From: Balanoglossus misakiensis
Taxonomy: Eukaryota; Animalia; Hemichordata
Assembly: GCA_040954595.2 (NCBI GenBank)
Contig: CM082587.2
Span: forward strand, 8,111,705 to 8,175,704
Direction of reading: 5' to 3'
DNA length: 64,000 nt
Shown here one piece after another: positions 50,640 to 64,000 of the stretch. The stretch's first letter is position 1. Each line of letters opens with the position of its first letter. The translations under genes were made by a program, and so were the position numbers. The notes under the pieces were generated by a model. It saw only the letters and a list, made by a program, of their open reading frames with translations. It ran no database searches and was not told the DNA's origin.

Positions 50640-52100
50640 AGTCAGACATCAAAAGAAAGGGTTTCGATCATGATGTTACATTTGTTCTGCTATCTAATCT
50701 CTGCATATTTATAGAACTCTTAAAACATAATTACTCTCATTAAAAAGATGCAAGCGACTTTCTTCAATATTACCATAAAAAGTATATTTGTCTGAATAAA
50801 CTTTGATTCATATCTTTATTTTTTTTAAATGTTAGTCGCGAGAATTCTACTGAGTATTCTGTAGTGAAGGCAGCTTACAGCTGATTCATTTGTGATAATA
50901 AAGGGCAATAAAATACAGTCGAATTTACTAAAGATGCGTGACCACTTTTGTTTGCATTTCATTCCTTTGTAAATAACCGTATCTCAAACAGTATCGCATA
51001 ACTTTTTTTGTATGACCCTTTGGAAAAAATATTTGGGGACATTTCATGTTCAATTTTTTTTTAAAAGCGATCGGCGTATTTTTAGCCAGAGTCGAAGAAT
51101 TGCATTTCCCACTGATCAATCCCCTATATTTGAGACGGTTCGGTGTAAAAGTATGATTATCGCAAAAAAAAGCTTGGTATGTCAGAAAAGAGCAAGTCTC
51201 ATCTAGAAGATCTGAAAGATACTTAACTCCATTGTGAATTAAAGTCTGTGACATTATTCACCATCACTTCGGGACATCTTACAGAGTGTGTTTGTCCAAC
51301 TTAGTGAGTAACACGGAGAACCAGAAACTGTTTACGGAAAACGGAAACGTGCTGATGCCACCCCTAAATGTAAACAATTTAGCCCACTGAGCATCCCGAT
51401 TAAACTGCTCTATGAATCCATGACACATGGATTGCTTGGATAAATGAAGGGAGGTGTGTCATTCGAAGACCGCCTTGTTTATGATCACAGCAGAGTCGTA
51501 TATAAAACTGAAAGATTGAGTCGTGTGCGGGCGCTCCGGTGCATTGCTATGTTCATAGGCACGCCGGAGCGCCCGCACATGACTGAATCTTTCAATCTCA
51601 GTCGTAACATGTTTAACATATCTTGCTTTGAACTCCAAATGAAATTATAGAAAATGTTTGAAATAGCGACTAACTTGTTGTTAGTCATTGGGGTGGTGAA
51701 GAAAAAATGTGGATGAACTTTGACAGGGCGAGTGTCTTGATAACAATGATTTTGCCACATAAAGACCAGTCATCCGAGAGAACCTCCACTTCCTGTATCT
51801 TTCGTACAAATTTTAGATTCTCAAAAATATCACAGTGCAATAAACCCGGTGTTTTTTGGTAGATTCTCAAAAATCTCTGTAATGATTCTATGAATGTGTA
51901 TCTATCAATGAGCTCTCTTGAGCGATGTGCTTAATTTTTCGTGCTAAAAATCGATCCTGGTTTTCTTTAAAATCCCAGACACGCTTTGTATGATAGCTAC
52001 GACAGCTGGCATCCACGCAAATTTGAGCCGGATATCCCAAAGCTTCAAGAAAACTTTTTTGAAGATTATTTAAATTGCTTGTGTAAACAATAGTCATAAC
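50640..52100 (-). mobile_element. Decayed L1/Tx1-clade non-LTR retrotransposon ORF2 3' fragments
   Basis: Minus-strand pieces WSLCGKIIVIKTLALSKFIH, FYNFIWSSKQD, HNGVKYLSDLLDE, RILATN resemble the post-RT region of L1/Tx1 ORF2; many stops. Confidence 0.6.
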
Positions 52101-52284
52101 GAAGTAACTATGATCTAAGCTTCCAGAAAATATATATTTAGGCCGGCATTTTGAGCTCGATAATTAGTAGAGAAACGTTTATTTCAAAAAGCGAATTTCG
52201 TAAGTTGCATCCTTGTCATGGATTTTGAAGCTTGCCTACGCCCTGCAGGTGTGGACACAGACCACATATATGTACATTAGCTAT

Positions 52285-52370
52285 TAGCCTGGTCACCATA
52301 CCCAGTGTGTTTTAGATAGACTCACACACTAGTCTATCTAAAACACACTGGGTATATGGTGACCAGGCTA
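52285..52370. mobile_element. 86-bp hairpin MITE with TAG...CTA ends and 9-bp TSD (Academ/AcademH-like)
   Basis: attagctat|tagcctggtcaccata.cccagtgtgttttagatagact ... agtctatctaaaacacactgggtatatggtgaccaggcta|attagctat. Confidence 0.85.
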
Positions 52371-52966
52371 ATTAGCTATGATCTAGACGGATGCATGGGC
52401 ACAATACTTTACACCATGTGTGTCCATTGTGCATTTATTACATCAAGTGAGTCGGTGATTATGTAATACACTGTGTACTGTAGGTTCCTTTCACAATACA
52501 CGTCAATACAGCAAGTAGGGCTTCTTGCAGACAGACATGAGCGTCGGAAAGGACGGTGTGTCATGTCTTCGTATTGAATGTCGGCGAGTTCTTTATACAA
52601 GCAGGTGAGTACAGACTTTAAGGCGAGTCCAGTCATAAATGATGCCAAATGCGAGAACTTGGTCATACTATAGCCTAGGCCTAAGTGGCAGAATGAAGTC
52701 GAAGAGCACTGAATAATAACAGACAATGGTGGTACAGGTACAATGTATGTGTGTACACTGCTCTTCCCAACGTCAATACAGGGCGTCAATTTTACTGTGC
52801 CTAAACCTCGCACTACTATTAAGCGCCAACAAGAAGATTTATTTGCATTTAGGCCTAAAATCATCAAGGGCTAATTGCCTTTGAACGGTATTATATGTGA
52901 AGTCACTGATATAACATGTATACCCAGTCTCTCCACTATGGACTGGCTGTTGTTCATTCATGGACT

Positions 52967-53046
52967 TAGTCTAGAATCCAGACTAGCGTTTTTGTTCGTT
53001 TATGCTCTACAGCGAAAACACACACACTGGTCTGGATTCTAGACTT
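52967..53046. mobile_element. Short TIR element (tagtctagaatccagac ... gtctggattctagact)
   Basis: 16-bp inverted termini; no clear TSD. Confidence 0.55.
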
Positions 53047-54051
53047 CGGTCAGGCTTGCTGCGGATTAACATGGAGATAGGCACCTGCATGCTAACGGCC
53101 AAGGACGTACCAGAAGCCGTCCATGCACGGTCTCTCCAAAGACCGTACAGTACAATAGAGCATGAATAGAGCGATCGAGGAAGATCGTTGTCTGTGGAGA
53201 CGATTTGTTGCATAACCGCCGTATGTAAAATGTCAAACACAGCCAGGTACAACCATACCTCCATGGTACACTACAACTAATTCACCGTCGATATTTCCGA
53301 TAACTCTCGCTTCGGGCGCTCAACATATGTCATAATCCAATAATCCATAAGGCGCTGACTGACGAAACACGAATCGGGCCCCCACAATTAACGGTACGAG
53401 TATGTGACACCGCTTGCGTTTAGATCTCCGATTCTGCAATATATGGATTCTGTATATAGGCAAGGGCTTCGGGAAGTCATTTTTTGTCCAAGGAGACGGC
53501 GAATATGGAAATTGCTATTAACATACACTGGACTCGCTGTAAATATCTACATGTATTTCTACTGGGCCTCGAGCTCGTTATGATAGACATTGGGCAAATC
53601 GGTCAGATTCAGTATTTCTTGTATGCGTCTCAAAACTGAGCGATTAAAATGGAGACTCCGCTTACATGTGTTGAGTATTCAAAATGAGTTTTTGGGAAAT
53701 TTTGCAACCGACAATTTGTCAACCTACTGTTGCATTTTTCGCTTACTTTTTATTAGAGGTATACAGACAGTCACGTCCACTTTATACGCCCATATATGGC
53801 TGAAATGGCGTATTTGATCGTTCAAATACGCCATATGGTGGTGCTCTTTTTTTCGTGTGGGCCACCTAATGAAAACCTGTGATTGGCTAGATCTCAATTT
53901 GCCATGGTAACTATAGCTACATTTGCATAGGTGACCGTATACCTTTAATTTCCTTTTACCAGATGCCGTACGTGTACTGTGGACAGATGAGAGCGCTGGG
54001 TGACGACACGAGAGTTGAACGGCTGTGCACTGCCCATCACCAACGGTTTCC

Positions 54052-56874
54052 ATGGCTACAGGATTGACAAACTATCGTACAGTCAGACATTTGCTCGCCA
54101 TTTGTGTGGTTTTTAGCCTCGTTGTTTCCTGTATTGTATATGTTCACTTTCTTCAAGGGGCATCAACAAGTCTCACTGTTTCTGTCAAAGGTCTGGCGAC
54201 ACAGATCAATGGCAGCAGGTTCGTTGAAGGCCGGGATGCAAAACATAATCATAGAAACAAGGTAGTCAACCCTAAAATAGCAGATTTTGAAAATACCGCT
54301 ACAATCGAAGATGATACCAATGCAATACGGAGCTCCAGGAATAACGACCTCAACAATTCAACAACTGATGCCGACATCAAAACTCTTAGAATTGGAAAGC
54401 GGAGACCACGACATCGAAAACTGTCAAGGAAAAAACAAGACGAGAACACACAGGCTGAAAATGAAAACCGGACTACGAATTCACCGGTCAAAAGTCGTCC
54501 AGATCTATTACTGAGAAGAGCGCTCGCAAACATCACAAATGCGATAAGACGTAAGGCGGTTATGAGTGCGGAATCCACATTATCAAACACAACAAGTGCC
54601 GAAATAACACTTCTGTTAAAACATTACGAAGAAGGTTTCGATGACTCCCACATCTCTCGGAATAATACATGGGGTATCCCGCCCAGTAAAATCCACCGCA
54701 GAAGGAAAGGAGACGGCGACGGCGGCGATGCAGGAAGGAAATTGGTGTGTATGCTACAACGGCATGCTATGTTGGTCACCTTGGATACGGATGTTACCCC
54801 TTTCAAAGAGCTTGGTGTCGCGCAATACTTTCCAAATATGCGATTTCTGGATGCTTACAAGACACCCTTTAATAGATGTGCAGTGGTTGGCAGTTCCAGG
54901 TACCTGAATAATTTCACCGTTGGTTCTGAAATAGGTAAGTCATGTAACAATTTAGGTCATTGACGTAAAATTAACATAAGGTCTCTAGTATTGTTTCAAA
55001 CTAAACTTTCGATTTCCGATCAGTTCGTACCCAGAGACCAGGAATCGAAACGGAGAGATTCTACAGACTGATCTATATCGACGAATAAATAAATAAAAAC
55101 AGAAAAAATCGCAACCTTGACTAATTTTACATGATTTTTTATCTCAGTAAAATCTACAAAATCTGTTTTACATCATATTTCTTGCATTTAAAAAAAAATA
55201 CTGGAAAATAGCCAAAAGTTAGCCTAACGCACTTTCCTATACCTGAAGCGGTAAGAGGGTTGCCACCATGAAAACAGTGACGAGAAATATTTCTTTTGAT
55301 ATGTTTGAAGAAGTAAAATAAAATACAATGTTCATTGGTTATTACTTCAACAGATGCACATGATGCTGTCATGCGAATCAATGCAGCCCCAGTGAAGGGA
55401 TATGAAGAGATAGTTGGCAACAAAACGACATTCCATCTTCTCAACAGCCAACTACTGGAGGGGAGATTATTTCGACAGATTAAAGAGACTTATTACGGAA
55501 ACGTCACCCACATAGTGTGGAAAGGAGGACCGTATAGTGGAAATCTTTACCGGGTAAGTTATAAAACATCGAGGTTGTTTACCGGAGATGGTGTTCTAAG
55601 AATGATGACAAGGGGGGGGGGGGGGTATCCAACAGAAGCTAGAGTTTTTGTCTTTGTTCAGTCACGAGGACAGTGGGTTGCGCGTGTTTGGGGATATTGT
55701 TGATCAACATAATTTCTGTCATTTTGTTTGGTTTGATTTTCAGTGGTACAAGAAAGCCAGGAGTGCAAGGAGGTTTTTCAGTGGTTACATCGAGTGGAAT
55801 TATCTGTATCCTGCGGAAGCCATGCACGTCATTAATCCAAAGTCTCTGTGGAATGCCTGGGATGTCATGCAAGATCACTGTCATCAACACAGTGGTCTAA
55901 ATCCGCCCTCATCTGGATTTACAGGTAGGGAACTATAGAAACGTACAGACATTTGTGAATTTCATTATCACTGGGTTGTTCATACTAGCCAAGTGCAGTG
56001 CTCTCCCCAGGATTTTGGGAAAGCGTGGCAGCTAATTTGCATATTATTTACATATCAATCTCATTAATTTTGTATGGGAGTAGCCTATCCATGCTTTGTC
56101 ATTTGAGGTTGGACCTGTTATCGCTATGTTGTTCATTGTCTATCATATGTGTAATTGTGATGATTTATTTAAAGGCGTTATGAAAGCAATTGTAAAGAAT
56201 TTATGTTTTGTCCGAATGTGAAATGGTTGCGTTCATACTTATGTCATTTTTGTTCAAGTTAAAATATCAATTCTTTTTGTGCTTACCAATATATGAGTGA
56301 CGATTGTGTCAATTTCTGGACAAACCAAATCATCCCCAAGTTAATCATACTGACAATTCAAAATGGCCGCCAATCTCTGATGAACTGTATGATCACCAGT
56401 TTAAATCATTGATTTTTTTTAGAAAAAAGATGTACTGAGCCTCATATTTTCTTTTTGAATTGCAAAGTGATGTTTACATACAAGCTTACTTATTGCAAAA
56501 CCTGGACAGATCTATCATTATAGGATTTATTTTTTTCTTCTTCAAAATCCATCTTCATGATGAAGTCAATTTTCCACTCACGTCCGTATTTTGACATCTG
56601 TTAAATACCCATCCATTGACTTTTCACAGCTATCCAAGTGATGCTGCCAATCTGCACAGAAGTGAATGTGTATGGAATGATCTACCCAGAATTCAACTCA
56701 TCCACGTGTCATTACTACGACAGCAAACGCTGTAACTCTCTCAACTGGCATCCGATATCCAAGGAGAAATGTTTCATCAGAAAACTGAACGTGGGGAACG
56801 AGACGGATATTTATGAACACGCTAAAATTACAATACCAGGCTACCCGGCGATTAATTGCGTCGACATTTTGTAA
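54052..56874 (+). CDS. GT29 sialyltransferase, ST6Gal-like (type II membrane protein with long stem)
   Basis: Exons 54052-54934, 55354-55553, 55744-55924, 56630-56874. N-terminal TM; sialylmotif L RCAVVGSS...[35 protein letters not shown]...CTEVNVYGM, III HYYD, VS WHPISKE. Confidence 0.92.
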
Positions 56875-59800
56875 CCATGGACTTCTATGGAGGCTTTTAA
56901 ACTGTAATGAGCAAGCATAAGTTTATTTTTCTGACAAAATCACAAAGGTAAATTTACATCGTTTTTCCCCAGTGTCTGCTCACAAAACCATGTAAACATA
57001 TTTATTTGCAGCAACCACTTCTGACATGAAAACCAGAGATACTGTAGAAACTGTGTGAATGAAACTAGCAACTCAAATGAAACGCAATGGAATAGTTTTT
57101 AACTTTCTGAAGCACCTATTTGATAAAAGCCATCCAGAGTAACATTGGCTTATGTATGAAAACAAGTTGAAGACAATCTTGCTTTGTCACATACAATGTG
57201 ATTGAGCATAGAAGTGTGAAATTATTGGCATTGGCCCAGTCTGATTAAAATCAGATGTAGAGAGGAGGACATCTAAGAACAGAACAGCAAATGACCAGCA
57301 ATTACTAAAAGATTCCCTCCATTATTAACTCACAATAGTCATATAAAAAACAAGTTTTATGTATTTAGTTTACAGTATTTCTACATGAAATGTCGCATAC
57401 TCGTATAAATATTTTCTATAAAGCTATCGCCTAAACTTGTTGCTGGTGCGCCCTCAAGTGGCAATTCCTGTCTGATCCTTCAGAATAGGATATTACGCCC
57501 TCTCAGGCCGAAAACCCTATTTATTACATGCCTTGTAAGTGAGTGCAAAATCAATGCATTGATTCACGCGGAAAATTTGGGTTTGTTACAAGGAACTTGA
57601 ACTTAATGCCTGAAAGGGTTGATATAAATGATGTTGTGCAAGACATAGACAGTAGAACTAATGAGATGGTTTATCTAAATTTAGATATTTCTCTAGACTT
57701 GTGCGAGTCTGTAATTTGTGTTTTTTTTTCATATGAAACGTTTTATTGGTGTTGAACGCAATGAGTGGGGTGAATGTCTCACAGGAGCGTTTAATGTGAA
57801 CTCACATACTACTAACTTAGGCCCAAGTGTATAATATTTGATCGCTGTGAAAAGTTTCCTTGGGCAGAGGTGCCAAACTTGAAACTTAAGATGCAAATCT
57901 GTTGCAAATTACAAGTCTAATCATATCTTGCTTTTCTGGCAGCTACTGTTAATCATTTAACAACTACATACTATGTAGATAGCTTAGCATGATCTATTTG
58001 ATCAAAATGATTGGCCGATTTTGATTTGATCATCTAGGAGTTCATACCAAGATTTGCCAACAGAAAAGAATAAACAATGTAAATATCATGACCGGGATTT
58101 ACACTATTCAGATAATGTAAACTCAACATTAAATTTTATTACGTTTTGTTTGTTTGTTGACAATATTCATTATAATATAATTCAGAAAAGTGAGATAACA
58201 TCTCAAGTCCAACATTTTTTTTTCTAACCCTGTAAACTAGCAACATATTTATTATGTACTTTTTTATCCATGACAAATAAAAGGATAGAAAATTTCCTTT
58301 TTCATCGATTATTTTGTTTCTTGGTTATTTTGGAGTAGTGCTACATGTCTTTCCCAAAGGGTGCTCACAGGGACAAATATAGCTTTATATATTTTGTGCA
58401 ACTCACAATCACATAGCTCGATTGGCCAGGCAATATGTGTTTCATAACATACCTAACATGTCCTAGTAGTCACATGACCAGGTAAAGTGACTATTTCTCT
58501 TTAGGGAAATAGCCATTCTATTTTTCCTATCACATCATAAACTTGTTTTGTAGAAGACTCACCTTGCTTTGCAGACTTGTGTGATCCCTAGCTGATCAAA
58601 AGACACTTCTTCAATACATCAGTGAGGGGTCATTACCCACGTAATTAGCATATCTACACCCCCCACCCCCACGATACAGCCACTATTCAAATCCCTGATG
58701 CATGACGAAATGCCCAGAATTTATTTATGAACACAACATATACATGATGTATAGCCAGCATTGTTATTTGAAAACCAGACAACAATAAGAATGACTGTTA
58801 CACACAAATAGGTCATGTTGACATGTGGAGTACTGGGTGTATTACAACGCTGTTAAGAGTAGAAAAGGAATTGCATTCAGTACACAGAACCAAAATATTG
58901 AAAATAAGACCAATAGTTACAGTGAATATCCCTTTAAAGCCTCAATAGCTGGCACTTTTAGCATACCAGTTTAATCAATGAAATACTTCAATCTTCTCCT
59001 TGTCTATAGTTAACAAATGACATCATTTTTAATTTTTTGATATTCTAACACTCACATGCGAATATCAAGATAGCTTTAACTCTTGCAATGGGTGACTGAA
59101 TAAATGGGTGTGGCACCTTTTTCTTATTTGACCAGTTCATTTTTACATGTATAGCCACAATCAGAGGTTAATGATATGTTTGTGTATATCTAAAATTAAG
59201 CTAATTTAAATGGACCACTCTAATGTTGAAAGTAAAATCATGTAAATAATGCAAAAAAATGGCAGCTATTGGGGCTTCAAGGAACTGTGTACAACCTTTC
59301 TATGTTGCCTACATTGTACATTCATTGTGTCAAGAAATAACCTTTCACTTCACATGTGACCTGGGCATGCGCAAATATACCCGTAGGAGCAAAAGTACAT
59401 TCACTGGGTGTAGTGTGACTTTGGAGTTGTCCCACGCTTAATTCCTCATCCACACACGTGGGTAGCTACTTCAAGAACGACAGCTGTATTCACACTGTCT
59501 ACAGTGTAGGGATATTGCCACAAAGTTGTAAGTAGGCCTTCATATTCACTTAATCATAAATGACAGCAAACATGCGAGAAAACAATTGTTAAACTGTGCA
59601 GAAACAACCTCGTGGTTATACATGACTAGTATATTAATAACAGATACCTGGCTTATCAAAAGACTAACAGCTAGACTTCAGCTTGGCTATATGCATACAA
59701 AGAGCTGTGTCTTATATCAGTGTTCTTCAGCTGGGCTAGATATTTTTGGGCAAGAACATTTGTCGTCCATGCACTCAATGAGTGAACTTTTGGGGGCCAT

Positions 59801-60186
59801 GACCATGTTGGTAGTCAATGCGAACAAAGGTCTTCTTCATTCGACAATTGATAAGTAAATCACAAGGTCATGTTCAATGAGGCAAGACGCAAGAAATGTC
59901 ACGAATGACCTCATTAGGTGACTCACAATTGTGACCTGTTTTCTCTCAAATCCCAGAGAGGTGTGTTACATTAGACCAGTGGACTAAATTAGAAGAAGAA
60001 TTTGTCAGATAATTAACTGCCCTGTCGAGTCATAGAATAAATTAAATGTTGTAATTATTTATAGTCAATGGATGCATATGGATTACATTCATGCATGTCG
60101 ACAAATTGACGTTTCGCGCAACATTTCCACAATTGCATCAAGCGTTTTATCTTCTCTTATTTAAACAGAAACAGAGGAACATCAAT

Positions 60187-61884
60187 ATGGCACAGAGCAA
60201 ATTGACAAGAAGTTACTTCCATCAACCTTGGGATACACCTCTTCAAGGGAAAACAGTTGCTGATCTGCTCGACGATGCTGCAGAACTGTTCCCTGACAGA
60301 GAAGCCTTGGTCTTTTTAGAAGACGGGACCAGGAAGACATTCGCTGAACTTCACAGAGATGTCAACGTGCTTGCTGCTGGAATACTGAAGTTTGGGCTGA
60401 AACCAAGAGATAACGTCGCTATCTGGGCCCAAGATCACGAAAATTATCAATGGTTGGTTACTGATCTTGCCATAATTACAGCTGGGTGTGTATCTGTGCG
60501 GATTCCAGCATTCACACCTACAGCGCATGTGCGTCACTTGTTGAAGAAGGTGGAATGTCAAGCCCTTGTCATTGGATTAACTCACAGTGATCCTCTACAA
60601 GCTTTGGTCGATGTTATCCCGAACCTCAAAACTGAAATACGGGAAGGAAATACTCTGGAAGAGTTTCCTACTTTACGGCACGTCATCTCAATGACACCGT
60701 TGGAACATTCATCCATTACGCATCTCTGTGATATAAGGAAACTTGGAGATAACGATGCAGCAAAAGAACTCCTGCAAAACGCAAAGACTGCTACAGATCT
60801 CGACTCCATTGCGATGGTTGTATTCACGTCTGGAAGTACAGGATTTCCGAAAGCAGTTGGCATACCACATAACCGTCTTCAAGGAATGGCAATGATTATG
60901 GACTATATCTTTGGTTACAAAGCTGCAGACAGAAACTCGGAGAGATTGGTAATTCCACACACTGAAAAGTTCTGCTCTGGCCCACACACCTTTATTGAAG
61001 GGGTAATGTTGACCCTTGGTGCAACAATCGTCTTTCGAGATGCCGTCAGTGTGGCAGGCCTGTTGCGTGCCATCGAAGCTGAAAAGGGTAATACACTTTT
61101 GCTGTTCCCTTATGACTTGACATGTATTCGTGATTACTCTGATATTGAGAAATTTAATATCAGAAGCTTAAAGTATGTGATGTCCACAGGTAGCTGTGTT
61201 GCTGCGTCTATCATGAAAATGGCATCTGAGAAATTCTCCTGTGATATTCAACACTTTTACTCTAGCACCGAGTGTGGGGCAATTGCCCTCCCCAAATCCT
61301 CTGTACCCCTGGAAGTGTTGACGTCGACCTCGTGTGCACCGTATGGCGAACTCAAGATAACTGACTTGACAACTGGTCATATAACGCCGATCAACACCTC
61401 TGGTGAAATATGCTTTCGAAGCCCGTTTCATTTCAAAAGATATTTGGGTGACGAAGATATAACAAAGAGAGTGAAAACTGAAGATGGATGGTTTCTTACG
61501 GGTGATGTAGGGCAGCTGAATGAAAGTGGTATGTTGACGGTTCTAGGTCGAAAAGATGACATGATTCTCAAAGGAGGTGAGAACATATACCCAGCTGAAT
61601 TGGAGCAGATATTTTATCAGCACCCAAAGATCAAACAAGTTCAAGTGGTTGGTGTCCCAGATGAACACTTTCTTGAAGAGCTTTGCGTGTGTGTTGTTCT
61701 TCACAAACATCAATCGGCTACAGAAAGTGAATTTTTGACCTACTTTAAAGCACGGCATTATGATTTTTATCGGCACCCTAAATATGTGCTGTTTTTCGAG
61801 AAATTTCCGCTGACCAGAACAGGGAAAATTAAGCGCATGGAAGTAGCGATACAAGCAGCAAGCATTCTTAACCTGAATGCATAG
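60187..61884 (+). CDS. Acyl-CoA synthetase (ANL/AMP-binding, ACSF2-like), copy B, single coding exon
   Basis: ATG 60187 (MAQSKL); close paralog of 32883-34586 in opposite orientation, same core motifs, two residues shorter near VPLE. Confidence 0.93.
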   Translation: MAQSKLTRSYFHQPWDTPLQGKTVADLLDDAAELFPDREALVFLEDGTRKTFAELHRDVNVLAAGILKFGLKPRDNVAIWAQDHENYQWLVTDLAIITAGCVSVRIPAFTPTAHVRHLLKKVECQALVIGLTHSDPLQALVDVIPNLKTEIREGNTLEEFPTLRHVISMTPLEHSSITHLCDIRKLGDNDAAKELLQNAKTATDLDSIAMVVFTSGSTGFPKAVGIPHNRLQGMAMIMDYIFGYKAADRNSERLVIPHTEKFCSGPHTFIEGVMLTLGATIVFRDAVSVAGLLRAIEAEKGNTLLLFPYDLTCIRDYSDIEKFNIRSLKYVMSTGSCVAASIMKMASEKFSCDIQHFYSSTECGAIALPKSSVPLEVLTSTSCAPYGELKITDLTTGHITPINTSGEICFRSPFHFKRYLGDEDITKRVKTEDGWFLTGDVGQLNESGMLTVLGRKDDMILKGGENIYPAELEQIFYQHPKIKQVQVVGVPDEHFLEELCVCVVLHKHQSATESEFLTYFKARHYDFYRHPKYVLFFEKFPLTRTGKIKRMEVAIQAASILNLNA

Positions 61885-61955
61885 AAAGTAATTGATCACA
61901 TGCCCGATCCTTTAAGCATCACGTTTGATAATGGTTAAAGGCACAGTCACCCAAT

Positions 61956-62504
61956 GAGCGTGAAGTTGGCCTCATCCTCATCCTCATCCTCAGTTTCGTG
62001 ACCCTAGCCTCAGCTTCGTGACCCCAGGAAGATAAACGTCAAAATTATCCAAACGATCGGCAAATAGAACAAATAGAGTCAAAATAAGAAATCCAGTCAA
62101 TTATTTAGACTTTCCCATGTAAATACTTCACCCATATCGCTTTCGCTTCATTTAGATCATGTCAGATATCCGAAATTCACGATAATTTTGATGTTTTTAG
62201 TGAAATTTGCAAATGAACTTTGACCTGCAATGGCGTCTGGGTAACCGAGACTATTTTCTCTCGGGAGTTTTTATTCGCTTCTATAAAGCATTTAAAAAAC
62301 CAGAAGTCCTATCCGTATTTGTATTTATCCAAGTCAATGAAATAAATGATATTATTTAAATACTATCTTCAAGTTTAACGAATCGCCAATGACGGATTGT
62401 TTATTTTCCTGGGGTCACGAAGCTGAGGCTGGGGTCACGAAGGGTCACGAAGCTGAGGCTGGGGTCACGAAGCTGAGGATGAGGATGAGGCCAACTTCAC
62501 GCTC
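61956..62504. mobile_element. 549-bp MITE with internally repetitive TIRs (GAG termini)
   Basis: gagcgtgaagttggcctcatcctcatcctc...cttcgtgacccca ... tggggtcacgaag...gaggatgaggatgaggccaacttcacgctc; imperfect agtcacc duplication on both flanks. Confidence 0.88.
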
Positions 62505-62988
62505 GTAGTCACCTATGCAAATTTAACATTGAAGTTACAATTGAAAATTCAAACTTGGCCAATCAGAGAATTTCAGTGGGTGGCACACATAAAAAAAGTG
62601 TCCCACCACATGTACATTCAAACACTTTGATGCGTCCTTTTGACTGTACATAGACATATATAAGTTAGAGGTGACCGTATACATTTATTTTGTCGCTGTA
62701 AATAGATACACTGGCAGACAGAAAGACAGAGACATTCAGACAAACAGCTAGACAGACTGACACACACTAACACATGATATAACATGCCTTTTTCAGCTGG
62801 CATGTTATTTTGATAATTTAGCTCAATGTTTATACTTGCTAATTTAAGATGCCAGTAATTTAAATTTCTGTATGTATACTATGATGAAGGTTTCTTTACA
62901 GATAATTAAACAAAAACAGCTGATTGCCCTGAAAATCCAATTTTGCTAAAAACATGCAGCAAATTCAAATTGTTTCACAAAAAATATA

Positions 62989-63196
62989 CTGTACAACACT
63001 TAATTTTCGCGAGCAATTAATTTTCGCCAAATACGCGAGAGCCAAAATAGCGTGAAAATAAAAAGTCGCGTAAATTGTTTTTGAAGATAACGTTGCAGTG
63101 AATGAAATAAGAGAAAACGAAAATTAATACTCGCGAAACAGTGGCCTCTCTCGATATCGCGAAAAATATAACTCGCGAAAATAAAGTGTTTTACAG
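62989..63196. mobile_element. Tc1/mariner-type MITE with TA TSD
   Basis: ta|ctgtacaacacttaattttcgcgag ... ctcgcgaaaataaagtgttttacag|ta, with internal cgcgaaaa repeats. Confidence 0.8.
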
Positions 63197-64000
63197 TATA
63201 CATACATGCATACGCATGCACTCACACACGCAAAGGTCGTGAAGATGACAATTCATTGTTTTTTTATTATTTGTAACCATACATCAACAGTATGAACAAA
63301 CACAGCCCAGGAAAAAAAACAAAAAAACAATTGATTTGAAGACGTGTCAAATAGTAAAAATAGAAAGATGTCAGAGTGTACATCAAAGTGTGATTAGTTG
63401 CTGAAACTCCATGGTGAAGTCTATGATACACAATTTAAAGCATGATCTCTGACAATGGACACATTTCTGCAATACCACGAATCAAGGCATATAGGGATGT
63501 GTGATTGCCATCTTTAACCCTTTTCAACCCCTGTTCCGTCTATAGAGGTCCAAGTTTACCATGGATAACAATGGATTTGGACCAAACCATGTTGGTGAAA
63601 GGGAGAGGTTCATTTTTTTTTGTACTGGAGATCTTGGATGGCAGCTTTTGCAATTGACAACCAAACATTGAATATAAAGTTTACATGATACATGTTAAAC
63701 TAGTGTACCATTCCACTTCTTTGGATGCAAAATATATTATCCTTAATTTAATAAACACTGATCATGTTGTTATTAGGCTTTTTATTGACAACGAAAAATA
63801 TTAACCAAATTCAGGAGGAACTGGATGACAGGAACTCTATGAAAAAAATTCTTTACAACTTGGTGTAATACTGAATTTTGTGAAAAAAAAGCATATTAAT
63901 CTATTATTCGAAAAGTTATTTGGTTTGAAATAAACTTGGTTATTTCTGAATTTAATGTGACTCTTGGTTTTGTCTTGTTAGTCATGGCATTGTTTGTGAT

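Noticed and set aside
52409-52867. 152-aa minus-strand ORF
   Set aside because: Non-ATG start, no recognisable domain or splice support.

Overview
AT-rich, intron-containing animal genomic DNA. The gene and repeat content suggests a marine invertebrate deuterostome such as a hemichordate, but that is inference. Genes: the last 8 exons of a gamma-glutamyltranspeptidase (+); an intronless rhodopsin-class GPCR bracketed by ~200-bp inverted repeats; a 5-exon gene missed by the ORF track that encodes a ~144-aa secreted prepro-protein with two exon-encoded 6-Cys 'CDDGG...GTDCxDCGxR' modules (-); a tRNA-Leu(TAG); a 13-exon signal peptide-2x C-type lectin-GAIN/GPS gene that appears to stop just after the GPS site with no membrane domain; two inverted, recently duplicated single-coding-exon acyl-CoA synthetase genes; and, between them, an SLC22 transporter (one intron holds a ~6.9-kb 88-bp satellite with higher-order and foldback structure) and a GT29 sialyltransferase. 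Intergenic and intronic DNA holds a mosaic of decayed transposon fragments (Mutator-like, tyrosine recombinase, Penelope, L1/Tx1), TTAA- and TA-flanked MITEs, hairpin elements and microsatellites. Exon boundaries were read by eye from GT-AG sites and frame continuity and are not transcript-verified.
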